From: Phallusia mammillata
Lineage: Eukaryota
Length of the DNA: 64,000 bases
NCBI GenBank assembly: GCA_965637545.1
Contig: OZ281497.1
Span: 18,352,001-18,416,000, forward strand
Direction of reading: 5' to 3'
Part shown: one piece after another, positions 22,383 to 39,300 of the stretch
Position numbering within the stretch: the first letter of the stretch is position 1
How the letters are laid out: each line of letters starts with the position of its first letter
Program-made: the position numbers and the translations under genes
Notes under the pieces: generated by a model
Databases searched by the model: none
Told to the model about the DNA's origin: nothing
Seen by the model: the letters and a program-made list of their open reading frames with translations, nothing else

Positions 22383-25147
22383 TTACATTTTTGTTTGTGA
22401 ATGAAAGCTATCAGACTTTTCAAGGGGTTGACGCTTTGATTTTGAACAAAACACGGAAACGAACAGGACCAAGGTCTGCACTAGCACTGCAGCAGCAAGA
22501 ACAATTATAACCGCTATCACCCAGTCCGGAACGTATTCACTGCATTGCTGCGGTACACATTCCACCGGTTTGGTGGTTGTTGTGGTAATTGGATGTGATG
22601 TAGTGCTTGTGGTTGCAGGTGTGGTCGAGATTGTGGTTGTATTGCTGTTGAATCGAGTATAAATGTACGGTGCTTCCTAAAACACAGAAACAACTGATTA
22701 GTCTAAAATCCGATAACTTTTTAAAAGATTAAATTTCTACCTGTGTGGGACATTTCAGATCTTGTATGCTCCATTCCGTCGACTTTGCACCCACAGGCTC
22801 TAGCTTAAATAAATGAAAAACGACAATAAATTTACTACACTTAAGCGTGTACAATGTTATAAAGATAAACATATAGTTACCATGTTGTTCCAAATATTAA
22901 GGGCCCCCATTGCGTGGCCCTTGGCGCTGAAATGGAAGCAGTCGGGAGCAAAAAAGGTGGCGTCAACTTGTCCGTCCTGAAGACAAAAGTCAACTTTTAA
23001 ATACTTCCGATAGCACAGTGATAACTCACATAAAATCATCAAATTAGGGGACTGTACACGATTAATTTGCATGTAATGGTATTAAACATATTTTAAATTT
23101 TTTGATATTTTAAAAACAAAAATAACCTCTGTGTAGGGCAAAACTGTGTGTCGGAAAAATGGCTGAATGACGACCGTAAAATCATCGCGAGTGTCGTACT
23201 TGCGGCTGTCGATCAGTTCTTGCACGTATTGCTGCAAATTACAAAGAATGTATAATTTTGTGCATGCTTACTAAGGTAGCCATTACACTCCGGTTAACAG
23301 TAAACTTTCCTGTCCCAATTAAGAGTTCCTTGTCATTGTCCATCAAATGTATGGTCGTGTGTATAGGCGTTCAATAGAACACTGTTGTTGTTTTTTGGTA
23401 AAGATTGTTTAGACACAACTGTATGATGTTAAGAATGCGCATTAAAAACCACCCAAGTACAAACCTGGTACAAATGGTTTTTGTCGATAATGTCTTCCTG
23501 TTCCGTCGCATTTGCGGCAGAAATGTAATTGCAGAAGAGCCGCTGAGCAAAGATGCAATTTGGATTGGCCCCGTATCCTCCCACTATTTGTGGTAGTAGG
23601 TAGACCTCAAGAATTTCCACAATGTTGACCAATGTTCGTGGGAGCTGAATTTAAACAAACAATTGTCAAATTAAAGTTGACATTGTATTTGCTGCTGGCA
23701 AGATTACAGAAAAGTGTGACGTGTGTTTGCTAGTCCAGTTCTCTGTTAGATTTACAATCACGTCAAAACTGGAAGCCTGACAAACATTTGCAACCCTGCT
23801 TCGACTCCGACACATCTTGCATTGTCGCCAGCTTTTACGAAAATGTTACAACATTTTTTTATCGTGTATATGTAATTTGTCGGATGTATCTAGAAAAATC
23901 TATACTGACCTCTTTATGAAGAATATCTAAAGCAGTTTCTATGTTGTTTCGGTAGACTGCTGGGCTGGCACCAATGGGGTCACGCTTAAGGGCACACAAG
24001 TCATTTCCTCCGATGAACATCGTTACCAATTTCCAATCGTTTTCAATATTAATCCTCTGCAAAAAACGGTAATAATGTACAAACATAATCAATTGACGTT
24101 TTAAACATTGTTTTTCTACCGTGTCATTTCTCATCTTGTAGACCTCTTCATCTTGTAGACCTCTCTTCATCTTGTAAGATCCCATGCTTGGTTTTCCATG
24201 TGGCTGAAAAACGTTTTTTGATTGGACAAATTAACAACTTTATTTAAAAATAAACTTACATTGATCTTGCTCCGGGGACTGCAACGTTAAACCATTCGTC
24301 GGCAGAATCAGCCCCAATTCCCAGGGAATATCCCATAAGGTTTGGGTTAAACTCTCGTAGTATGTCTAAATTGTCAAAAATATGTTTGTAGGTCGTCATC
24401 TGTGTTTTTTAGTTAAAGTAACCTACTTGCCACAGTGATGGTATCTGCAAGAGAGCCTTCACCCCCTACTGACCAAGAAACTCCAGGGTTGTCCAATAAT
24501 ATTCCAGCAATTGTATTTGCAGTTGCACCACTTGCTGCCTACAAAGGTAATAGTGCTACAATTATATAAAGTATGTTTTCAAAATTTCTGGTAATTAAAA
24601 GTTACCGTAATAGAGTCTCCCATAGCCCCGATGACATCAATATCTTGAGGGCGTAAACGATGGACTGAAATGTGTTTAAAGTAAATGTCATGTTTTCTTA
24701 TTATCAACGTTATGCAAAATGCCTAAATTTTAGAAATGAAAGTTACCGTTCGTTGTTTGTGGTTCACATTCCAACTGGATGTCAAAGTCTGTGATGCCTG
24801 TGGTTTTACTTTCTTGCGTATGCTGTACAATAAAACATTCGGAAGTTTTCTTAACTATTTTCGATAATTTATTCACTGACTGCTTTAGCTATACTTTGGA
24901 CTTACCCGCACCAGATCTGGATTTTGTTGGATAATGGATTTTAAACCTTCCATTTTGTTCAACCATTCACGTTTTGATACTAAAAAGACACGTACAGTTT
25001 GCATTATTAAAGTTATTAAATCGACCACATTTAATTATAATTTTCTTGTGATTAGTTTATTCTTTTACAAGCGGTGGAAATTCTATACGCACCTGTGGAA
25101 CTGTTCACCACCATCACCAGAAAAGTTAGAAAAACGATAAATTTCAT
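22383..25147 (-). pseudogene. PLB1: Phospholipase B1-like copy C (more divergent); reading frame broken in exon 7 in this sequence
   Basis: Signal peptide MKFIVFLTFLVMVNSST (ATG 25147); VIGAMGDSIT; MFIGGNDLC; [13 protein letters not shown]; Thr stalk and TM; TAA at 22383. In exon 7, repeated TACAAGATGAAGAG(AG)GTC units shift the frame and give TGA at 24169-24167. Confidence 0.72.
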
Positions 25148-28040
25148 TTTTTATATTGCTGATAGCTATAATGTTCACTTCAATGTTTTAACTTTTAAAA
25201 ACAAACTTTTCACTAAAAATACTGTGCAAAACGAATTTTATAAAATCGTAGTTACACAATTTTTCTTTTTCGCGCTGAATTAATTATTGCGAGACTGCCT
25301 GTCAACGTTTAGTCCGGCCCATTATATGAACAGGCAATGTTTAAACAAACCTTGTAAGTTCTCGTGTGTACATATTGATGCTCTGTCAGGTGTAATTATG
25401 GCTAGTTTAACATATTTGAAATGATTTACACTACCATTATTAAAGTATCTCCCGTTTATCGAAGTGTGAAAAGATAATTGTTCAAAACAGCTTATCCGAG
25501 TAGTTTATCAGCAATGAGAACAATAGCAGTGTTTGTCCATCCAATCCGTGGCTCCCTTTCAGTTGACCAAGAAAGGTAACAAATGGATACAGATGGGAAA
25601 GAAAGTGTGATAGTAAAGGAAAACTAGACTCCAAAATGGCCCCTGCCGGTCTGGCAATTAACTAAAATTTAATGAACGGAAGGATATACCAAAGTCCTTT
25701 CAGTGGTCTTGTTTCCTATCTCATTCCGAAAGAGTCGGTGTTTCCTTGGTGGTTATTAATCTAACTGGCAATTTCGTGAATATAGAAATAAAAATGGCGA
25801 TTATTGACATAAAACTAGCTATCTTTAATAAAGACACGATAAAACTAAAAACTTCTTAGTCCTCGGGAGCAATCCCCTGAAGTTTGAAAGACGTTATTAA
25901 AACGAAATAAACTTTTACATTTGCTGTTTTGATAATCCATTTTTCATTGGATTCCGACACTCCGAAAATGTTATGGAATTAAGATTTTTGTGTATTAATG
26001 CAAAAGTTAAAAACCTTAATTTCTGGAAGAATTATGACACCGGTTTATAAGGCCCGGTTAAATTTGGTTACTTAATTTCCACCAAAATGGCCTCATAAAG
26101 ATTGCTGCATCCCAAAAAATGCGGGCGAAAAAACTTTTATGTTTAGAAAAATCATTTCAACTCATAGCTAAATTAAGCAAAAATGCATCTTATAGTGCGT
26201 TGATTTATATTAATGCGTACTATAGCAGTTCAAACCGGAGCTTAAACTAACAATGCCACACAAAACTTCCCAAAACTTTTTAAAGTATTTTGTGGTAGCC
26301 GGCGTAACATTTCATCTTTGAAAAGCCCATTGCCACCTGCAGTTTTGGGTTAAGCAAAAAGCATATGAGAGATTGGGAGTGTTTACGCGCGATGACTGCA
26401 GTTACCGTTTCCGCTTTGGAGCGCGGGTCATGCATCGAAACTTTTCCGAATAACGTGGCCATTGCATTTACAAATTTTTATTGGATATTTTGTACAGATG
26501 ATAGGCTGTGGTTTTTGGTTCGTGCCTCTGTGGAGTGTGGTGTAGGTAAAGTAATTTAGGCCAATGTCTGTCTCTGCTCTCTGGTCGTTTGTTAGTGACC
26601 AAAATTGCTTAACCTGTAACTGCAAGCACAATAGGAAAAATTAAAATGTTGCCTTTTTGGAATTTTTTACCTAAATTTTTGTCAACGTAAAATTTATATA
26701 ATTTTATAGGGGTCCAAAGTCATTCTTTTATTTTGTTTTCGGCACTGTTCAAGTTTTATTTTTGGGAATGTACATTTGAAATGTTTTTGCTGTGTGTTTA
26801 CTGTTTTCAAAAACTAATGCCATAAGTAAAATGTAAGTAACTGATGGGTGGACTCTAAAAAGTCTCATACTTCTTTATTATATACAACTGTTATCTCCGT
26901 TAGATGTATATATAATGAGATGAGTATGATCATAATGTAATGTCAAATGGTTAAATCTGTTAATATGGTTTGGTGAAATCTAAAGAAACCTTATCTTGCT
27001 CTGTGAAAAATGTCCAATGCAAACATAATATTTGAAAGTTCAGTAAATATTTGAACTGCATGCAAGTAAAACAAAAAATCTAAAAAAGTCATCACAGTGT
27101 ATAGATCATATGTCTAGCCATATTTTAAGTCTTCAAGAATGCCTATGTTTCTTCTGTTTAAAAGAAATCTTTTTTTGGTTTTAGGCTATATTTCTGATGT
27201 TAAGGACCTGTAAACAAGTATGTAATTTTATTTTTTTGCATCTAACATACGTCGGAAAACTTTTGTTAATTCTTGTCAAGCAGTATAATGTTTTTCAAAA
27301 AGCGAAATGATTTTAACACAACCATTACAAACCATATACAAAGCACTATAGTAAAGCAACTTATAATAGAATGTAAAATAGTACAATTAAAGCAATAAAT
27401 ATTCTTTAAATTTACTTTCTTGAACATTTAAAAATAAAGTAAACTACAGATTTTAAAAATTAAAGTAAAGCAAGTTTTTGCATTATGTCTATTTACTGTA
27501 GTTAATATATGCTATGCTTATGCAACTGCTAAAAAAATATTGTGGTGTGTCTGATATGTTTTTATTTGTTAGGAATAATACAATTTCCTTCTGTCAATTA
27601 TGGGTATGTTCTTCCCAGATGTATGTGTTAAAAATTTATTGGAATCTGCCAATTACATCCTTCTGTACATAAAATTGATTATTATCATATTTGATTGACA
27701 CACATCATATATATAAATGCATATATTTATATATACCTAGACTAGTGGTTCATCAAAACACCTATACATACCATTAGTGCTTTGCTGTTATTAGTGCATA
27801 TATTTTTGCAAATTTTGTGAGTCAAAAGCCATGTGCTGTGGAAATTGGAGTTGTACAGCATTTGTAAGTAGCAGGTCTCTTAGTCAGGAAATGATGTTCC
27901 CTTATGTGTTCAACTCACTTCCTATGGCTGAGGCCTGTGCTAAGTTCTGCTAAAACTGCTTAGCTGAAACATATATGCAGCTGAAATATTGGTGTTACCA
28001 GTTTTGATTAATACAAAAAAGTTTTTTTGCAGGTAGTTAG

Positions 28041-32115
<4,075 letters not shown>

Positions 32116-33338
32116 CATGTCAGCGTTTTGTGATGCACAGTCGGAACAGGACATGTTTAGCTTTAATTGTGGTACAATATGATGCATTTCTAACATGGTA
32201 TCCTGTGTAGCAACATGTGTATCATGAAATGGTGTAAATTAATGGAACAAATGGTTTCAGTTGACAATTATGTTTCCAACTATGCTATGCTGTATCATTT
32301 CATAAGGTATAGGGCACCACCACTTTACTGCCTGTTGTGAAGTTTGCTTTGCCCGGAAGATGCTGCTATGGCCATATTTTCAAACCAGTTGTAGAGATAT
32401 GTGCATATATATTACATGTATGTGTGTGGAAACTCGGAAAATAGTTGAAATTGCAAAGCAGTTTGAACAGAAATATTCCCGGCACAATGGTGTAAAATAC
32501 TGGCATGGCATGTTTTAATTCACAATAAATGCTGCTTTGTAACATATATGCTGTTGGATGGTGATATATCCAAGTATTGAAAGCTATTTTGCAGAGTTTG
32601 TGCAAATTTGCCGATTTGAAAAAACAGTGCCTGGAGTTGGAACCGATAGAAAGTACACTGCTTTTAAGTGCCATTGCATTTCGGCTCTGTATTCGTTTGA
32701 ACTCGCAAAACCCTTCTTGTTAGTGCAAAATGTTCTTTATGGATACCAATAAAAGTTTTTGCCAACAGCAACTTTTGGAACATGTTGTTAATCAGCCCAA
32801 ACTAGTAGTTTACGGTTTTTTCACGCAGAATTACCTGACCTCCATAGAAACAATATTGCTCTTTGATTTGCGCGGTAAATCCAATTTCCGAAATTTTCGT
32901 TTTGAAACTCGCTCAAGCGTGTTATATTACATACGATAAACAAGAATTTGTCTCCATTGAAAAATATGTAAGTTTAGGAATTTGGATGTACGAAGTAGTT
33001 CGGGCCTTTGGGGGTAACACTATCGTGATCTTCACATTTTTTGTTGCGTATTTGACTGGGATGGCATTTCAGATTTTTGCAACAGGAAGTTGAGCCAACG
33101 CAGATCGTAGAGTTTTGCTAAATGTTGTTTTACTTCTCCAAGCAAACGGAGAGAGAGAGCCAAGCCCAAGAGTTCACGGACAGTACGATAAACCTGATGC
33201 TGAATCGTTTTCTTCACACTAATAATTAGGCAGTTACCAGTTTTAAAAGTTGTTGCTATTTTAAACTCCGTAAACAAACAATACTTTTAAAAGGGTATTT
33301 TTCCAGTATATATAATATATAACAGAGTAATATAAACC

Positions 33339-36300
33339 ATGGAGTCTGTCAAACAAAAAGTCCGCGAAGTGTTCGAAAAAAGTCAAGAGAGGCGATACAA
33401 TTTGACAAAATTGGCAGAAACCCTAAAAAATTATTATGTCCAGGTAATTACCTATATCTTAAGATATATGAAATTGTCTGTATGTTTAAACACCAACACA
33501 TCCAGCATGGAAGTTTTTTTGTGTGCATTATTTCACAAAAAAAACACATTTGATTTTGCAGTGTGAGGAAAAACAAATGAAGACGGAGTTTGTGGAAGCA
33601 TTTCGAACTTTTGTTGAATGTGTGTTGCAGACTGAGAGTCGGGAATCTCCTGCTGAAAGATGTGTTCAGTTTGTTTCCAAGTCAGTTTTCAATAGCCTAA
33701 AACCTAATTTATGAAGTGATTTTGTTGATTTTTGATTTTGTTGTTCCAAACATAAAACTATTAATAAAAAAAAATTAACAGGGTCTGAACTGACCCAATC
33801 TGAAAGGCTGGATAATGAAATAATTCAAAACTTGGTGTTGGTGTTCAAGGTTTACTTTCATGGTGGTATTTTTTTAGGTTTGCTGCATTGTTTGCTAACA
33901 CTTATGATGAAGATGAAGAAATTGATGAAGAGGAGGATGAAAATTTATACAACTATCTTTTAAAATTTATGATTGAACCAGAGGTAATTGTATTGACATA
34001 TAACTGTTTGCACTACACAATTGAGTTGGTTTGTTCTGTGGAGGGCACACTTGGTGGCTGAGGACTGCTTGTGCTGCAGCCACACCATCATTCCCTGGCA
34101 CTAAACCCTGACTTGTCGACAATTTTTACTGTTATGTATTTTTCTGTTGTTTGTGTACTTGGCAGATTGAACAGCTTATAGCAATTTAAATATCATTGCA
34201 TGTGTTTATGTATTTCAAATGTCACTGTTTTATCACATGTAGCCTGTAAAAATTTTGTAATCTTTAAAAAAAATATATGTTGTCCATTTATTGCAGTATC
34301 ACAGCCATAGCAGCAAAACTATTCGTTTTCGTGTTTGTCAATTGATTCAGCTTATGCTTAGCGCTGTTCCTAGAGATGCTGCGATGGATGAAGATTTAAT
34401 GGATGAGTAAGTATAATTTTGTATTTCACTTTTTTCCTGTTTGTGCAATACTGACTAATCTTTTGGATATATAAACAATGTTTCTTGGTAAATTATGTTG
34501 CAGAGTTGCAAAAGCTATGCTGCACAGAATACAAGATAAATTGCCTACTGTCCGATGCCAAGCAGCTCGTGCGCTAAGCAGACTTCAGCAGCCTTCCTTG
34601 CATAACTGCCCAGTCATATCAGGTCAGTTAAATACTACTAAAATGCATGTGGATTAGGTGTTAAACAAACTCACTAGTAAGTTTTGTATCAATTTACATA
34701 AAACACGATTTTCCTGGTTGTTTTGTGTTTGAAAGCCATGAAGACCTGCATAATTAAATGTGCTTTTTTTGAAACTGCTACTTTGTATTTGCAGCCTACC
34801 TATTCCACATGAGTGCTGATGATAGTTCTCAGGTCAGATCAACTGTTCTTTCATGCATTTCACTCACTACCAAAACTTTACCAGAAGTGTTAGATCGAAC
34901 AAGAGATGTCGCTGAAGCTGTAAGAAAAACAGCATTTCAGGTTATTGTATAAACTTGCATATATAACCAGATTATGCATATCATAAGCCACTTTTATTAC
35001 AAACCAGTTATTTTGTTTAACAGATACTTGCACAAAAAGTGAGCATCAAGGCATTGACTAGTTGTCAACGACTGTATTTAATTAAACAAGGACTCTTTGA
35101 TCAATCAGCTGCAGTAAGAGATGTGGTCAAGAAGCAGCTGTTTCAAGCATGGCTTTTAACGTTTCAGGTATGTTTTGATCTATGGAGCTTCGAATTAAGC
35201 ATAAGGGCCTATGATGTTAATGGGTTTGTGTCAAATATATATATTTTTTAATCGAATACATTTCATGATTGCAGGCCAATCTGTTAGACCTGCTTAAAAA
35301 ACTTGATGTTATTGGAGCATTTGAGACTTCAACCAGATGTATGGTTGCCCTGTTTGAAACTTCCAAGCTCTCAGACATTGTTGAAGGATTTACTCTACTC
35401 AATGAAAGGTCTTAACTATTTACATTAGTGATGGGACGATTCCTGTTTTCAAAGCGAGTACGAGTACCACGTAAAAATACCTTCGTCATCAAGTACCGAG
35501 TACTAAAGTATAGTGTTGTATATCACTGGCTAAATTATCTGCCATGGCCGCGATACAGGCGACCACAAACACATGCAGAAAAATGCAATCTCCACACTAT
35601 AGCGAATTTTTTTTTAACCTGGCGGATCTTTTTCCTGATTTTGTGCTGTCCGAAGCAATAATTGGCAAAAAGTTGCCCGTATTCTTATGGTGCCTTCGGT
35701 ATCGAAAACTGAGACAAAATATTTCGATACCGAGTACGAGTATCGATACCACTGAAATCGCTTGAGTACCGGGTACCGGGTACCCGTCCCATCACTAGTT
35801 TACATGAAATTAACAAACCTGGATTACAGTACAGCTTTTACCGAATGTATTTTACATCGTCCAAGCAGGAAGCTGATTGAATATGAAAAGCTCACTCCTG
35901 AGTCAGCCCTGTACTGGTGTCAGTTGTGTGATTTTCTTCGTAATCAGGGATCACATGGTGAATACTACATTGACAACTTGCTCCCAAATGTCATTGACTT
36001 TTGTGACTATACTCAAGAATACTTTACAAAGTAAGTTTTATTTAGGTACTACAGTGTAAACCAAACATATAAAAGAAAAAGCTATGTATAAGAGTAAGGG
36101 TTTTTCCATTTTTCCATGTCTTCTGAACAAGGTTTTTTGTTGTGGTTTAGGCATCTTTTTCCAATTATGGATTGTCTTAAAAATGCTGATGGGAGCCTTT
36201 CACAATCTGCGGAAGACGAGAAAATTGAAAAAGAGTTTGTGGCAGAACAGTTGCTAAAACTTGCCAGCAAGATGGACGTCAGTGACAATACTGGTATGAT

Positions 36301-39300
36301 AATTCTGTAGACAAACAGTCATTGGCAGTAACTTTGTCATTTTATGCTTGCAGCTAGTCTTTTAAAAAAAGTAAAACTTGTTTTGCAAAAATAAATTAAT
36401 TAAAAAATATGTGGTAGCAAGAATGCAAAGGTTTTTCCCAACTCAACATTGAATCAACTTCTGTTGTAATGTTCCACACAAACTTTGACAAGCACAAATT
36501 ATGCTTAGCACTTGAGTCTTGACTTTATTAGCAGGATGCTATCAATTTGGCTTGTTCTATAACATGTGATGTAAATACATGTAATTTGTAATGTACTGTT
36601 TTGTCAGGTCGACAGAGAATGATTGAGCTTTTGGAAATGGTCATAAACAAATTAGATGTTTTATGTTTTCCATGCCTTATTACACCTGTGGCTCATAACT
36701 TAATTGACCTACAATCCTCGACTGGTGTGCTTGACAGGTGAATGTCAATCGATGTAAAACAAACATTTTTGTTGTGTTTTTGTATCATAAAAAGAACAAT
36801 ATAAATTTCTGACAAAAAATCAACGTATGACGGTTCCAGGGATGAGAATGAAAAAGTTCAACTGGTTGCTTCTTTGATAACTAATGCTCGTGAACCAGCA
36901 TCACCCGCCCCAACATCAATGTCCAACCGCTTATCAGAGCAAGAAGTTGTGGGATTGAAAATGCAGGTGTGTGATTATTGCAATCAGTTGAATTAATCTC
37001 TGGCCATATTTGTGTCAAGTAATGCTATGCGGTACACAGGTAAGTTACTTTGTTTTGGTTACAGATAGCAAAGTTAAGTGTGCAGTTAAACGAGGAAAAG
37101 GAAAACCTAAATGCTAAGATATCATTGAAGAGCTTTGAGGAAGCCGCTTCAGTTCAGCAGAACATTGATGAAATGTCGGAAACGAAACTAAAACTGGAGG
37201 AACAACTTACCACTCCACAAAACACCGACATTGCTGATGAAACCCAAGCAATTGAAAAGGTAAACAACATCAAAAAAATGTTCCACGTAATTTGGCCTAT
37301 ATTGGTCACAGACGTATAACTTTACATGTTAAATAAGTAAAGTCCTCTTATCTTCGAATTTTCGGTCCTGTACTCGCCACGAAGTCGGTAAAATATCCCG
37401 ATTCCACGGACTCCAACTAAAAACAAAGCTTTTATGTTGTGCTTGCACAGTAATTGCTGGTTTTTAACAATATTGGCCGAAAGTCAGTTCTCACGCTTTC
37501 GACTTCATTTGTAAATCGACATTATAACAACATATTCCTTTATTTGGTCAGTGCGATGCAGGGACGTTTATCAAATGCCTGAAGATTCTCACGGAACTTC
37601 TGACTTCACTTTATCTGGCGCGTGTCAAGTCGGCACAGAGCAAGAAGCGCAGCAGGGGTGTTCATCCCACTATTCTCTCGCTGCTCGACACCCTTGTGAT
37701 TCCGTGCGTGCTCGACGCCGAGCCTGAGGTGCGCAAAGAAGCGATCATCACCTTAGGGACATCTTGCCTGTTTTCACGTGAACTCGCCACCCAACACTTT
37801 GCTCTTATGACTCAGGTTTGTACTCTGTATATATAGGAGCTAGCATACGATTTGTGGACATAGAGATTACTGTGTAAGAAGGGGATGTAATTTTTGCGTT
37901 GGCCGTATAACAAGGGAAATATACTACTTTATAATAGTACATATTTGGAAAAAACGATATTTTTGATAAAATCTTTTGTGTGGTGTGTAGCCTCGGTCAT
38001 TATTGTAAGATGTCATTACGAGTTTAAAGCACATTATTGTTTGCTGCCTGCTTAGTGAGATAAACACGCATATATGCAATCTAATAATTTACTTGATACT
38101 TTCTGCTTTGGGGAAAAAATATCAAAATGAAGTTGTATAGGATTGTCATATACACCCACATTTTTTAATCGTCAAAAAACGTGAAATGGGTGTTGTACTA
38201 TTCAAAAACATTTTTGTGGCACTTGAAATATTTTACAGTGCAGAAATCCACTGCGTAAATGAACAAGCAACTTTTTCATAACACCACTCGACTGTACATG
38301 TGTGTTTTTTAATCCTAAAACAAATATATTAGTAACAGTCCATTTACGGATTATTACGTGTTTCCAGGTTGCACAAGCAGATACGTATATGGTGAGAGTA
38401 GCCGCAATCAACGCCATCAACGATTTTATTCGTTTCTATGGAATAAAGGCACTGGTTGCAAAGAAACCTAACAAAGAAACTTCATTGAACGAGGTAAAGT
38501 ATTAAGTTTACACAGATGCATCGAGCTCAAATTTACTTCCATTTTGAAAATGTTAAAAGGAAGGAGAAAAATCTCCGGACAAATCAATAAATGAGGAGGA
38601 AGTTAGTAATGTTCTGATGGACAAGTTTATTGAAATGCTGGATGACGAGGTACATTTTTGGGAGATCTGTACTAATTAAAGCATGAACTTAGCCTTTTGA
38701 TTTTTAATTGTGATTTGTGTTTTATCTACATTCAAAATAACTTTATACCGAAGATGTAAAGGCAAATAACGCCCTAATTAACTGCAAGCCTTAGCTAAAA
38801 AGTTGCCCTCAAAAGCTTTACGTCATTTAATACCGTTGCACAAACGATCAGACAATTTATTGACAATACCACAAGGTTTATTACATACGTTTAATGCTAC
38901 AAAAAACGTAAAATGAAAAAGTAACGCCAAGGCCTTGTCTAAGGCTAACGTTGCTTCAAGCGTTCAACCACATCATTAATACCGTCATTTCAAAGTACAT
39001 TGAAGCAAAAGGACTGTTAGAAATTGTGCGAGTTTTGTCTGACAGGAAGCTGTTTATTAAAGGATAAACTAAACCTACTGAACTAAAATCACGTTTTTTC
39101 GACTTCTTTCGAAGTGAAGTCTATAGATTTGTCCATTTTTACTGCACACCACTGTAAACTGTAGAAGGTTACCGTACATAAGAAAGTAAAAGAGAAAATA
39201 ATACCAACACGCTTACAGGGTCTTGCCTTACAGAACAGTTGTAGATTTCTGCCAAACGACTGTAAGAAATAATATAAGTTTTGTCTGACAGGAGGTTGAG

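Noticed and set aside
32340-33280. Small gene between CtBP and NCAPG (several 50-100 aa ORFs on both strands)
   Set aside because: No recognisable motif and no consistent splice chain; more simply CtBP 3' UTR plus NCAPG promoter.
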